From the NCBI RefSeq assembly GCF_000737315.1, contig NZ_JMCB01000021.1:1-64000 (forward strand): a DNA stretch of 64,000 nt, read 5' to 3'. The position numbers and the translations under genes are program-made. Source of the stretch: Hyalangium minutum (GTDB lineage: Bacteria; Myxococcota; Myxococcia; Myxococcales; Myxococcaceae). The stretch's first letter is position 1, and every line of letters begins with the position of its first letter. The notes beneath the pieces are model-generated. The model did not search any database and was not told the origin of the DNA. It saw only the letters and a program-made list of their open reading frames with translations. Below are positions 47,153 to 57,174 of this stretch, piece by piece.

Positions 47153-47821
47153 TCAGGCCCCCGAGGCCCTCGCCGCTCTCAGCACCGCCAGCAGCTCCTC
47201 GGCGGTGGTGGCAAGCGCGCGAGCCCCATGGGACCGCAGCTCCTCGGCGCTGCGGAAGCCCCACGTGACACCGACGGCGTACATGCCGGCATTGCGCGCG
47301 GTGTTCATGTCCACCGCCGTGTCGCCCACGAAGGCGCAGCCCGCGGGCGCCACGCCGAGCTCCGCGGCCACTCCGAGCGCGGCCGTCGGATCCGGCTTGC
47401 GAGGCACCCCCGCCCGCTCGCCGTAGATGGACGTGAAGGGCACGCCGGGGAAGAAGCCGTCCACGAGCCGCCGGGTGAAGACATCCGCCTTGTTGCTCAG
47501 CACCGCCAGCCGGACGTTCTCGGCGGCAAGCTGCGCGAGCACTGCGGGGATGCCCGGAAACACGTGCGTCTGATCAAAGAGGTGCTCCTCGTAGTACGCG
47601 CGGTAGGCCGCGAGCACCGAAGCGGCCAGGTCCTCGCGGTCCGGAGGAAGGGCCTTGCGCACGAGCACCATCACGCCCTCGCCCACGAAGTGACGGTACT
47701 CGTCAACGGAGTGGAGCGGCAGACCGTGCTGGGTGAGCGAGTGGTTCATCGCGGTGGCGATGTCCGCCAGCGAGTCCACCAGCGTCCCGTCGAGATCGAA
47801 GATGGCGGCGCGCAGGTGCAT
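47153..47821 (-). CDS. HAD phosphatase (phosphoglycolate-phosphatase-like)
   Basis: FDLDGTLVDS, KPDP and VGDT. Confidence 0.92.
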   Translation of the reverse strand: MHLRAAIFDLDGTLVDSLADIATAMNHSLTQHGLPLHSVDEYRHFVGEGVMVLVRKALPPDREDLAASVLAAYRAYYEEHLFDQTHVFPGIPAVLAQLAAENVRLAVLSNKADVFTRRLVDGFFPGVPFTSIYGERAGVPRKPDPTAALGVAAELGVAPAGCAFVGDTAVDMNTARNAGMYAVGVTWGFRSAEELRSHGARALATTAEELLAVLRAARASGA

Positions 47822-47909
47822 GCCCCACCTCAAACACGAACGCCCCGGCCAGACAAGGCCGAGGCGCTCGGGCAACTTCAGAATCTCCGAAGAAGCTCCG
47901 GAGGGAGGT

Positions 47910-48488
47910 TTAGTGCGCGCCCTCCGCGGAGGCCACCGGGTTGTCGCCACCCTTGGTGAGCACCGCGAAGTTGATGTTGTTGTAGCCCGCGGTGGCGCAG
48001 CTGAACATCACCCGCTTGATGATCTTGAACTCCACTTCCTTGTGGGCCTGGATGTTCACGTCACCCTTGAAGGCGTTGTCCTCGCCGCCCGCCATGGCGT
48101 GCAGGTCCTCGAACTGCTTCTTCATGTCCCGCAGCTTCTCCTCCAGCGCGGGGATGTTGAGGTACTCGTCCTTCACCAGGTCCTCGGTCCGGCCGACGAT
48201 GGTGCCGGAGATGGAGACCTGATCATTGGAGACCATCACCACCGGATGCATCTCCACTTCCTTGACGTTGACGGCCTCGGGCAGCTCGATGTCCTTGGTC
48301 ATCATCAGCACCTCGCCCGTCGCGGAGAAGTTCGCGATGAGGAAGAGCACGATGATCACGAACATGTCCACGAGCGGGGTGATGAGCAGGTCGGCGAAGG
48401 TGCCTTTCTTGCCGTGTGCTCCGTGCCCGAACACCTTGGAGTGCTCGAGCCGCTTGCCGTACCGCTTGCCGGGAACCTTGATGGCCAT
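47910..48488 (-). CDS. aglS: Gliding motor subunit AglS (ExbD/TolR family)
   Basis: TM segment ITPLVDMF with the Asp at residue 41, matching AglS D41 as recalled. Confidence 0.88.
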   Translation of the reverse strand: MAIKVPGKRYGKRLEHSKVFGHGAHGKKGTFADLLITPLVDMFVIIVLFLIANFSATGEVLMMTKDIELPEAVNVKEVEMHPVVMVSNDQVSISGTIVGRTEDLVKDEYLNIPALEEKLRDMKKQFEDLHAMAGGEDNAFKGDVNIQAHKEVEFKIIKRVMFSCATAGYNNINFAVLTKGGDNPVASAEGAH

Positions 48489-48531
48489 GGCTTTGCTTTG
48501 ACCTCGAATCCTTCCGTGGGTGGGGTGAGCG

Positions 48532-49020
48532 TTAGCCCGCCGCCATCACCGATACCTGCGGGAGTTGGTTGCCCAGACACTCGTCGATGATGCGCACCAG
48601 CACGTCGTAGCGGACCTTGTCGTCCGTCTGCAGCGTGATGGCCGACTGGTCCGGGAACTTCTCCTTGATCTCCTTGAAACGCTCCGTCAGCTTGCTCAGG
48701 TCGATCTTGCCGGTGTTCGTGTCCCGAACGATGGGAATCGGATCGAACGCGGCCTGATCGGCGGAGAGCACCAGCTGCTCGGGAGTGACGGCCAGCGTGA
48801 GCTGCACCGTCTTCGTCTGCTCGGCAGGCGGCTCCTCCGCCGAAGAGGGACCTCCCGCCTGGGACACCTGGAGGCGCCCGATCTGCGTCCACACGGCCGT
48901 CATGATCAGAAAGCTGATCGTCACGGCCATCAGGTCGATGAAGGGGACCAGGTTCACGGCCATATCGAGCGCCTTCTTGCCGCCCTTGCCGCCACTCCCC
49001 AGGTCCATTCCGCCGGCCAT
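48532..49020 (-). CDS. aglQ: Gliding motor subunit AglQ (ExbD/TolR family)
   Basis: NLVPFIDL with the channel Asp at residue 29 (AglQ D28 equivalent). Confidence 0.88.
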   Translation of the reverse strand: MAGGMDLGSGGKGGKKALDMAVNLVPFIDLMAVTISFLIMTAVWTQIGRLQVSQAGGPSSAEEPPAEQTKTVQLTLAVTPEQLVLSADQAAFDPIPIVRDTNTGKIDLSKLTERFKEIKEKFPDQSAITLQTDDKVRYDVLVRIIDECLGNQLPQVSVMAAG

Positions 49021-49108
49021 GGCAACCTCCTCACTCAATCCTGCAGCGGCCCGTGCCGCTGCAATCGTTCAACGTGACAGACACCAACGCTTCGCTCAGG
49101 TTCCCGGA

Positions 49109-49852
49109 CTACTCCTCACCGTGGCCGTGGGCCGAGGTGGGGATGTTCAGGTTCTTGAACTTGTCGCGGTTGGTGACGATGAGGTTGAGGACGGAGACGC
49201 TGGTCTCGTTGATGTCGTTGATGATGCTCTGGGTGCGGCCCTGGAGCACGGAGAAGGCGATCAGCGCCGGGATGGCCGTCAGCAGACCGAAGCCCGTGCA
49301 GTTCATGGCTTCAGAAATACCGTTGGCGAGAATCGTCGCCTTGTCGGCCGGGTTCACGTTCGCCACGGCCTCGAAGCAGCTGATCAGACCGGACACCGTT
49401 CCGAGCAGACCGGCGAGCATCGCCGCATTGCCGAGCATCGCGAGGTAACCGGTGCGCGCCTCGATCTTCGGCGTCTCACGCAGCGAGGCCTCGTCCAGCG
49501 CGGCCTGGACCTCGTCCTGGCCCTTCGGAACGTTCATCAGGCCCGCCTTGATGACGGCGGTCAGCGGGGTGTTCTTCTGGCCCGCCACGTAGTTGATGGC
49601 CTTGTCCAGATCACCCGCGTAGATGTGCTTCTTGAGGCCGCGGAGGAAGCCCTCCTTGTTGATGGAGGACTTGACGAACAGAACGATGACGCGCTCCACG
49701 ATGATTGCCAGCGCGATGACGGCGCAGGTGGCGATGGGGTACATACCCCACTGACCCGCCTCCCAGCGGCGAGCGATCTCTTCGAACAGCGAGCGCTCGG
49801 CTCCGCCAGTGTTGGCAAGGACGGTCAGATTCGTCAGAAACCCCAGGTTCAT
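49109..49852 (-). CDS. aglR: Gliding motor subunit AglR (MotA/TolQ/ExbB family)
   Basis: GLLGTVSGLI and GISEAMNCTGFGL; followed by two TolR-like genes. Confidence 0.9.
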   Translation of the reverse strand: MNLGFLTNLTVLANTGGAERSLFEEIARRWEAGQWGMYPIATCAVIALAIIVERVIVLFVKSSINKEGFLRGLKKHIYAGDLDKAINYVAGQKNTPLTAVIKAGLMNVPKGQDEVQAALDEASLRETPKIEARTGYLAMLGNAAMLAGLLGTVSGLISCFEAVANVNPADKATILANGISEAMNCTGFGLLTAIPALIAFSVLQGRTQSIINDINETSVSVLNLIVTNRDKFKNLNIPTSAHGHGEE

Positions 49853-49971
49853 CGCGTGTTGCCTCCGATAGGCGGCCCGGGTTAAGCGGGCCTTCCAGAT
49901 TTGCGTTCCCTGGCTGAGCGGTGCGTTGCCCCGGCAAGAACTCAATCTTGGATGTTGAAAACGTGAGCGCG

Positions 49972-50000
49972 ACTTTAGGAACGCCCCCCTGGTGTGTCAA
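49972..50000 (-). promoter_or_regulatory. Sigma70-type promoter for aglRQS
   Basis: Minus strand TTGACA-N17-TAAAGT, 120 nt upstream of the aglR ATG. Confidence 0.7.
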
Positions 50001-50150
50001 GGCGACCACCCGGCGTTAGCTATTGAAATCTCACAGGAAATTTCGTCATTTTGAGTTGGCTGAGGGGCTGCAATGGAGGCGGGGGGGCACCAGATGTGGT
50101 GCCTGGTCGGGTGCTTGGGTCCCCCCCTGGGTCGTGGTAAGCGCGCCCGC

Positions 50151-51029
50151 ATGTCGAGGAAGCGGATAGGCGAGATTCTCCTGGAGCGGGGCGCGATCAC
50201 GACGGCCCAGCTCGATGCGGGGCTCAAGGCGCAGCGGCAGACCCAGCAGCGGTTGGGGGCGACGCTGGTGAGCATGGGTGCGATCACGGAGCCCATGCTG
50301 GTGCAGGCGCTCAGTGAGGCCCTGGAGATCCCCGTGGTGGATCTGCGGACGGTGACGGTGGACTGGGCGGCGGTGCACCTGGTGCGCGCGCGGTTCTGCG
50401 AGAAGCACGAGGTGTTCCCCTATGTCATGGAGAGCGTAGGAGGCCGCCGGCAGCTGGTGGTGGCCATGACGGACCCGCTCAACCAGTCGGCCATCGAGGA
50501 GATCGAGTTCACCACCGGACTGAAGGTGAGCCCGCGCGTGGCGGCGCTGTCCGGGGTGCGCGGGGCGATCATGCGCTACTACCACAAGACCACTCCGGGG
50601 GCGGCGGCCAGCCCAGCCCGGTCCACGCCTTCCGCGCTCCCGAGTGCGGCCCGTGGCACCGGTCAGCGCCCCGCAGTTTCGGCTCCCCCTCCTCGCGCGG
50701 GGGATGACGACGACGAAGAGGTCATCGTCGGCGAGGAGGTGGGACCAGGCGAGAAGACGGAACGCACCTCCCTGGCAGAGCTGATCCAGCAGCGCGAGAA
50801 GCAGCGGCGCCAGAAGCGGGGCCAGGGCGAGAGCAAGGGCAAGAGCCGCCCGGCGGGCAACTCGGACGTGCTGGATGACCTGGACTCCCTGCTCGGCGGC
50901 CTGCGCGAGGAGCCGGACCGGGTGGAGGAGCTGGAGCGCAAGTTCTGGGCGCTCATGCGCATCATGGCGCGCAAGGGCCTGCTCACGAAGGAGGAGTTCA
51001 CCCGCGAGCTGGACGACGACAAGGCGTGA
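50151..51029 (+). CDS. MshEN / T2SSE_N domain protein without an ATPase domain
   Basis: RIGEILLERGAIT..QL..GL..Q and RLGATLVSMGAIT tandem motif; VAMTDPLN; no Walker A. Confidence 0.88.
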   Translation: MSRKRIGEILLERGAITTAQLDAGLKAQRQTQQRLGATLVSMGAITEPMLVQALSEALEIPVVDLRTVTVDWAAVHLVRARFCEKHEVFPYVMESVGGRRQLVVAMTDPLNQSAIEEIEFTTGLKVSPRVAALSGVRGAIMRYYHKTTPGAAASPARSTPSALPSAARGTGQRPAVSAPPPRAGDDDDEEVIVGEEVGPGEKTERTSLAELIQQREKQRRQKRGQGESKGKSRPAGNSDVLDDLDSLLGGLREEPDRVEELERKFWALMRIMARKGLLTKEEFTRELDDDKA

Positions 51030-51050
51030 GGCTCTCCCTCACTCCCTGGA

Positions 51051-52982
51051 TCAGCGGCCCCCCGTGCCAGCCAGGGGCAGCCGCAGGGTGAACGTGGTGC
51101 CCTGGCCGAGCGCGCTGTCCACGCTGATGCGGCCACCGTGGCTCTCGACGATGCCCTGGACGATGGAGAGCCCCAGGCCCGTGCCTTTCCCCTCCTCCTT
51201 GGTGGTGAAGAAGGGATCGAAGATGCGCCGCAGGTTCTTCGGGTCGATGCCCGTGCCCGTGTCGCGCACCTCGGCCACGGCATCCTGGCCCTCGCGGCGG
51301 GTGGTGAGCGTCACCTGGCCGCCGGGGGACATGGCGTGGCACGCGTTGGTGATGAGGTTGACGAAGACCTGCGCCAGGTTGGCACGGACAGCGGAGATGG
51401 GCGGCAGCTCGGTGTACTCGCGGCGCACGCTCACCTTGGCCTGCGTCACCACGTGCTCGCAGTAGCCCACCGCCTGATCCAAGACGGCGGTGAGCAGCAC
51501 CTTCTCCGGCTTGTCCTTGGCCGGGCGCGCGTAGGACACGAGGTCCTTGGTGAAGCGGAGGATGCGCTGGCTGCTCTCCTGGATCTTCCGCAGCTTCTCC
51601 AGGTCCGCCGGGTTGGAGTCCGGGCGCAGCCGGGCGTTCATCAGCAGGGACTCGCTGTAGGCGGCCACCGCCGTCATGGGGTTGTTGATCTCGTGCACCA
51701 CGCTGGCGGCGAGTTGGCCAATGGTGGCCAGCTTCTCCGCGTGGACGATGCGGCGCTCCAGCTCCCGGAGCACGGTGAGATCCTGCCCGATGGCGATGAC
51801 GCCCTCCACCTCGCCCTGAGGCGTGAGCATGGTGGAGGTGGCGAAGGCCACACGCACCTCGCCGTTGCTCGAGCGCAACCGCGTCTCGAACGTGTTCGCC
51901 GACTCGCCCTGCATGGCCGCCGAGAAGATGGCGCCGACGCGCATGTGCTCGCTCTCAGGGATGAAGGAGAGCGCGTCCTTGCCCAGCACCTCGTCCTTGG
52001 TGAAGCCGGTGAGCGCGGTGAGGGCCCGGTTGAAGACCACCACCCGCTTGTCCTGGTTGACCACCAGGATGAGGGCGTTGGCCTTCTCCAGCAGGTCCTC
52101 CAGGTACTTGCGCACGAACGTCAGCTCGTCGATGAGCTTCGCGTTGCGCACCGCCACGGCGACCTGGTTGGCCAGCTGCAAGAGCACCCGCTCGTCATGG
52201 GCCACATCCGCCTCGAGGCCCTCGGGGTACTCCATGTTGATGGCGCCGACGAGCTGGCCGCTGGCGACCAGCGGAGCGCTCACGCCATGGGCGCAGCCCT
52301 GGAACAACAGCGGCACCTCGCGGCTCACCACCACGCGATCGGCGGGCAGCACCTTCACGTCCAGGTGCGTCTTCTTCACCGCGCTCTGCTTGAGGACCAG
52401 CGGCTCGTGCGCGCCCTCCTTGAGCCGCCCCTCGGCGTAGAGCGAGGTGAGACCGCCGGTGCGGGCGTCGACGATGCGGATGCAGAAGGCGCGAGAGGGG
52501 AAAAGCTCCTTTACGCCGCGCGCCACGGCCGCGACGAGCTCCTCCTCGCCCCCGGCCTCCGCCACGCTGCGGCTGAGGTCCAGCAGCACACCCTCGGTGC
52601 GAGCCTGCTCCAGCAGGGCGCGCTCGGCCACCATGAGCCGGACGGGCTCGGGCTGGCCGCGCACCAGCACCGTGGAGCCCCGGCGCGTCAGCTTCACCCG
52701 GACCGGACGGGAGCCCTGGAGTGCCAGCTCGACCTCACAGGTGTCTCCCTCCTCGGGCACCCGGCTGCGGATCCGGGCCAGCGTCTCCAGCACGGCGGAG
52801 ACCACCCCCTCGGGCGTGCTGGCGTGGGAGGTGCTGAAGCGCTCGAAGCAGGGGTTGGCCGTGAGCAGCTTCAGCGCCGGATCGCACAAGGCGAGGGGCT
52901 CATCGAGCAGCTCGAAGAGGTCCTGGTAGATCTCCGGCAACGCGCCGCCGGACATGCGCAGCACGCGGGAGTCACTCTTCAT
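51051..52982 (-). CDS. PAS-GAF-PAS histidine kinase
   Basis: VHEINNPM, NLITNA, DPFFTTK and GTGLGL. Start is 52982 or 52955. Confidence 0.9.
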   Translation of the reverse strand: MKSDSRVLRMSGGALPEIYQDLFELLDEPLALCDPALKLLTANPCFERFSTSHASTPEGVVSAVLETLARIRSRVPEEGDTCEVELALQGSRPVRVKLTRRGSTVLVRGQPEPVRLMVAERALLEQARTEGVLLDLSRSVAEAGGEEELVAAVARGVKELFPSRAFCIRIVDARTGGLTSLYAEGRLKEGAHEPLVLKQSAVKKTHLDVKVLPADRVVVSREVPLLFQGCAHGVSAPLVASGQLVGAINMEYPEGLEADVAHDERVLLQLANQVAVAVRNAKLIDELTFVRKYLEDLLEKANALILVVNQDKRVVVFNRALTALTGFTKDEVLGKDALSFIPESEHMRVGAIFSAAMQGESANTFETRLRSSNGEVRVAFATSTMLTPQGEVEGVIAIGQDLTVLRELERRIVHAEKLATIGQLAASVVHEINNPMTAVAAYSESLLMNARLRPDSNPADLEKLRKIQESSQRILRFTKDLVSYARPAKDKPEKVLLTAVLDQAVGYCEHVVTQAKVSVRREYTELPPISAVRANLAQVFVNLITNACHAMSPGGQVTLTTRREGQDAVAEVRDTGTGIDPKNLRRIFDPFFTTKEEGKGTGLGLSIVQGIVESHGGRISVDSALGQGTTFTLRLPLAGTGGR

Positions 52983-54945
52983 GGGAGGTGGCCTTGTCCA
53001 GGTCAAGGATGCGCTGCGTCCCGACGTATGCCTTGGTCTCGTAGCGGGTGATCTTTCCGATCTTCCGGACGATCTCCGCCATGCGCTCGGCTTCGCGGTA
53101 GATGATGTCCACGGGCCTATAGGCAAAGTCCTCGGGCTTGAGCCTGCGCTTGAGCAGCTCGGCGTAGCCCATCACCGAGGTGAGCGGCTGGTTGAGCTCG
53201 TGGGCGGCGGTGCCGGCCAGCGCGACGATGACGGCGCTCTTCTCACTCTCCTCCAGGCGCGTCTCCACGTCCGACAGCTTGCGCTCCAGCTGCATGCGGT
53301 CGCGGAGGTCCGTGAAGATGCCCACGGTGGCCACCTCGCGGCCGCCCTCGTAGAGGATGGAGGCCGTCATGTTCACCGGGACGAGCTCGCCCGAGCGGTT
53401 GATCAGATCCTGGCGGCACATGGAGAGCCGGCCGCGACCGCCAAAGTCCGGGCTGCGCAGCTGGGCCATGATGCGCTCGGGAACGCCCTTGGGGTAGATC
53501 TGCCGGGTGGTCATCCCCGCGAGGACCTCGTGGGAGGAGTAGCCGAGCACGGCCTCGGCGCCCTTGTTGAAGAGGATGACGCGGCCCTGCATGTCCGCCG
53601 CGATGATGGCGTCCACCGACGAGTCGATGAGCCGCTCCAGGAAGTCCTTGGTGTGGCGCAGCTCGTCGGCCAGCTTGCGCGCGAGCGTCACGTCGCGGAA
53701 CGAGAGGATGGTGGCGGCGCTGCCGTCCTTCAGCGGCGCTGCCGCCATGGAGAGCGTCAGGTACCTGCCGCTCAGGGTCTGCACCTGCACGTCCAGGTTG
53801 GAGCGCGTCTCTCCGCGGCTGGCGGCGCTGACCATCTCCATCAGCACTCCGTCATCCACCGTCTGGGCGAGTTGGAGCAGGTGGCGCCCGCGGGCCTGCT
53901 CGGCCGAGGTGTCCAGCAAGGACTCGGCGGCGGGGTTGAGGCTGAGCACGCTCGCCTTGTCGTCGAGGATGGCCACGCCATCGCCCACATTGGCGAAGAA
54001 GAGGCGGTAGGTGCGCAGCGCGGCGGCCTGCTCCTCGGCGGCGATGCGCGCGGACTTCTCACGCTCCGTCTGTCCGCGCACGGTCTCGAGCACCGAGGCG
54101 TTGCGCAGCGCAATGGCGGTGGCGTGCGACACGGTGGTGAGGAAGTCGATTTCACGGGCGGCGAAGGTGCGCCGGCGGCCCGAGGCCCGGAGCAGGAGCA
54201 CACCACGCACCTGGCCGCGGATGGGCAGGGGCAGCGCGGCGATGGCGTGGATGCCCTGGGCGGCCACGGCGCTGTGCACGCCCTCCAGCAGGGGATGGTT
54301 GGGGGCGTTCTCCACCACCACGGGGCGGGCGGTGCGGACCACCTCGCGGATCTCCGGATAGCGCGCCAGCTCGATGCGCCGGTCCTTCAGTGCCGGATCA
54401 TCGCTGGAGGCGACGATGACCCCCTCCTGCGAGTCCGGATCCAACATCACCAGCGAGGCGCGGGAGATGTCCATCTGGAGGGCCAGGCGGCGCGTCACGT
54501 CGTGGAGCAGGGCCTCCACGTCGAGGCTCTCGGCGTAGTCGGCTGTCAGCTCGAGGAGGAGTGAGAGGTCCTTCTGAAGCTGGGACTGCTCCTCACGCTC
54601 CCGGTAGCGCTCTGCCAGGCGCTGGAGGCGGTAGGCGAGCTCATGGGGCACGGCGCTGGTGATGACATCCGCGGGCTTGAGCGGCTCCAGGGAGGCGAAG
54701 GCGTCCTCACCGGGGTCCACCAGGGCCAGCAGCAGGGCGCGGGAGGACTCACCCGTATCGAGCAGGGCAGCGAGCGCCGGGCCGCTGCCTGCGGCGGTGA
54801 GGTCCACGAGGATGACGGCGGCCCCCTTGGGCTGCTCGGCCACCCGCAGCCCTACTCGGGCGGCGGCACGGACGAGGGGCTCACGGGCGGAGGAGTCCGC
54901 GGGAACCAAGGCGACGGAGAGGGCGGTTTCTGGGGGCGACACCAA
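52972..54945 (-). CDS. Degenerate REC-GAF-PAS-PAS-HisKA protein lacking HATPase_c
   Basis: AHELNQPL H-box, then the protein ends about 60 aa later with no N/G1/G2 boxes. Confidence 0.88.
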   Translation of the reverse strand: MVSPPETALSVALVPADSSAREPLVRAAARVGLRVAEQPKGAAVILVDLTAAGSGPALAALLDTGESSRALLLALVDPGEDAFASLEPLKPADVITSAVPHELAYRLQRLAERYREREEQSQLQKDLSLLLELTADYAESLDVEALLHDVTRRLALQMDISRASLVMLDPDSQEGVIVASSDDPALKDRRIELARYPEIREVVRTARPVVVENAPNHPLLEGVHSAVAAQGIHAIAALPLPIRGQVRGVLLLRASGRRRTFAAREIDFLTTVSHATAIALRNASVLETVRGQTEREKSARIAAEEQAAALRTYRLFFANVGDGVAILDDKASVLSLNPAAESLLDTSAEQARGRHLLQLAQTVDDGVLMEMVSAASRGETRSNLDVQVQTLSGRYLTLSMAAAPLKDGSAATILSFRDVTLARKLADELRHTKDFLERLIDSSVDAIIAADMQGRVILFNKGAEAVLGYSSHEVLAGMTTRQIYPKGVPERIMAQLRSPDFGGRGRLSMCRQDLINRSGELVPVNMTASILYEGGREVATVGIFTDLRDRMQLERKLSDVETRLEESEKSAVIVALAGTAAHELNQPLTSVMGYAELLKRRLKPEDFAYRPVDIIYREAERMAEIVRKIGKITRYETKAYVGTQRILDLDKATSHEE

Positions 54946-55179
54946 GGAGCGGGCTCCAGGAGGCGGGCTCGGAAGCCCGAGTCTACACGCGGCGGTGCCT
55001 CAGGGGCAGCCCGACGCCCCAGGGAGGCCAAGCCGCCAGGGCAAGCTGGCGGATCAGCCCGTTCCGTGGAAAAGGGCGGCTGGGGTAGAAGCGCCGTACA
55101 GGAAAATGGATGCGCCCCGCGTAGTCATGTGTAAGAGCAAGGGTTCGCGTGCGTCGTGCCCGCAGCACCAGGAGTCTTC

Positions 55180-55578
55180 GTGGAGATCTTCAAGGAGTTC
55201 ACCTTCGAGGCCGCCCACCGGCTGCCCCATGTCCCGGCCGGCCACAAGTGCAGCCGCTTGCATGGTCACAGCTATCGCGTGGAGCTCCACGTGCGAGGGC
55301 CCGTGGGTGCGCACTCCGGCTGGATCATGGACTTCTCGGACATCAAGGAGGCCTTCGCGCCGCTGCATGCCCGGCTCGACCACTACTACCTGAACGAGGT
55401 GGAGGGGCTGGAGAACCCGACGAGCGAGAACCTGGCGCGGTGGCTCTGGCAGCGGCTGCGCCCCGCCCTGCCGCAGCTGAGCCGCGTGGTGGTGCGCGAG
55501 ACGTGCACCAGCGGCTGCATCTACGCGGGTGAGGACGAGCCCGGCTCTCCCGGCGCGGCGGCCTCCTCCGGCGGGTAG
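55180..55578 (+). CDS. queD: 6-carboxy-5,6,7,8-tetrahydropterin synthase
   Basis: [16 protein letters not shown] (CxxxHGH), LDHYYLNE and NPTSEN; GTG start with GGAG RBS. Confidence 0.93.
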   Translation: MEIFKEFTFEAAHRLPHVPAGHKCSRLHGHSYRVELHVRGPVGAHSGWIMDFSDIKEAFAPLHARLDHYYLNEVEGLENPTSENLARWLWQRLRPALPQLSRVVVRETCTSGCIYAGEDEPGSPGAAASSGG

Positions 55579-56357
55579 TAGGAGCGGCCCTCCTGCGGCT
55601 GGAGCGCCTCGGTGGGGACGGCGGTCTCCACCTCATCCGAGGGAATGAAGCGAGGACGGTCCACGCAGAGGACAGTCTGCATGCCGGGGCTCGGGTTGTC
55701 GTAGCGGTGTGCGAAGCCTCGCGGCCAGCGGAAGGCCATACCCCGCGCCACGGGCTTGCCCTGCAGTTGGAGACCCGCGCCCAGCACCAGCTCGCTCTCC
55801 TCCATCATCTGGTGGACGTGAGGGGAGATGGAGCCACCGGGCCGGATGCACAGGCGGTAGATACCGTAACCCTCGCTCTCCTGGATGATTTCCACACGGC
55901 CGAAGGGCTTGTCCTCCACCGTGTAGTGCATCTCGTCCGCGGTGCGGTGCACCTGCAGAGAGGGAATCGCCCGCCCACCGAGCGCCTGAGGCTTGGTGAC
56001 GCGCACGGTGGCCGCGTGGACCTGAGCCCGGTGCGAGTCTTCGGTCGGAGGTGCCAGCAAATAGCGGCACACGGCCTCGGTGGCGGACTCCAGCAACTCG
56101 AAGCGGCAGGACTCGAGCAGGAAGCGCAGCTCTCCCTCGAGGCGCCCGTAGTGGACGGTACGGGCCAGCTTGCCGCCATGGGCCGCCTCGCGCGTGTCGA
56201 GGAAGAGGGCTACGTCCAACTGTAGGGGCTGAACCACCACCCGCTCGCGGCGGTAGACCCCCACGATGCAGTCCACCGTGAGGCCTCGCACCTCGATGAC
56301 GTCCAAGGGGCGGCCCCGTACATCCGTGACCGAAGGCCATCGCAGAGGCTCGCTCAC
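55521..56357 (-). CDS. folB: Dihydroneopterin aldolase fused to a C-terminal cupin-like domain
   Basis: IVGVY..ER, TVHYG, FELLE and VTKP; the C-terminus has SPHVH..MEESE and HRYDN. Confidence 0.85.
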   Translation of the reverse strand: MSEPLRWPSVTDVRGRPLDVIEVRGLTVDCIVGVYRRERVVVQPLQLDVALFLDTREAAHGGKLARTVHYGRLEGELRFLLESCRFELLESATEAVCRYLLAPPTEDSHRAQVHAATVRVTKPQALGGRAIPSLQVHRTADEMHYTVEDKPFGRVEIIQESEGYGIYRLCIRPGGSISPHVHQMMEESELVLGAGLQLQGKPVARGMAFRWPRGFAHRYDNPSPGMQTVLCVDRPRFIPSDEVETAVPTEALQPQEGRSYYPPEEAAAPGEPGSSSPA

Positions 56358-57079
56358 AGCTGCGCGCTCCTTCCTCCATCCACCGCCACCACCTGACCGG
56401 TGATGTAGGGCGCCTCGCGGGCGAGGAACACCACCACGCGGGCGATGTCCTCCACGCTGCCCTCGCGGCCCATGGGGACGCGTTGGAGGAACTCCTCGCG
56501 AGCGGCGGCGTCATAGTGCTCGGGGAAGGCCACCACGCCTGGGGACACCGCGTTGATGCGCACGTGCGGGGCCAGCTCCACGGCCAACGCCCGCGTGAGC
56601 ATGAGCAGCGCCGCCTTGCTCACCGAGTAGTGCGCGTAGTGGCTCACCGCGCGCTCTCCGCCAATGTCCGTGACATGCACCACCAGCGGCTGCGGAGCAG
56701 CGCGCAGGCTCGGCAGCAGGGCCTGGGTGAGGAAGAAGGGCGCGTCCACGTTCACCGCGAGCATCGTCCGGTACTGCTCGCGGGTAATGGCCTCGAAGGC
56801 CACGCGCTCGTACAGGCCCGCATTGTGGACCACCACATCGAGCACCGGGTGGGCCTCGCGGAGCTGGGCTCCCAGCGCGTCCACGCCGCGCGGGTCGGAG
56901 AGATCCGCCGAGTAGAGCGACACCTTCCGGCCGAGGGCTTGAAGCTCCGAGGCCAGGGCCTCCAGGGGCTTCAGCGAGCGATGGGCATGCAGCGCCAGAT
57001 CATAGCCGGCCTGCCCGAGGGCCCGCGCGACGGCGCTGCCAATGCGAACCCCTGCTCCAGAAACAAAAGCGGTCGCCAT
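56354..57079 (-). CDS. Pteridine reductase-type SDR (FolM/PTR1-like)
   Basis: SGAGVRIG, HNAG, YSVSK, LAVELAPHVRIN and VDGGR. Confidence 0.88.
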   Translation of the reverse strand: MATAFVSGAGVRIGSAVARALGQAGYDLALHAHRSLKPLEALASELQALGRKVSLYSADLSDPRGVDALGAQLREAHPVLDVVVHNAGLYERVAFEAITREQYRTMLAVNVDAPFFLTQALLPSLRAAPQPLVVHVTDIGGERAVSHYAHYSVSKAALLMLTRALAVELAPHVRINAVSPGVVAFPEHYDAAAREEFLQRVPMGREGSVEDIARVVVFLAREAPYITGQVVAVDGGRSAQL

Positions 57080-57174
57080 GCCAGGTGATCCCTAGCAGGG
57101 CGCCGCTCAAAAGACACTTGGGAGTGTAACTCACCGGTCCGCCGGGAGACGAAGGCTCCCGGCGTCACCGCGGA

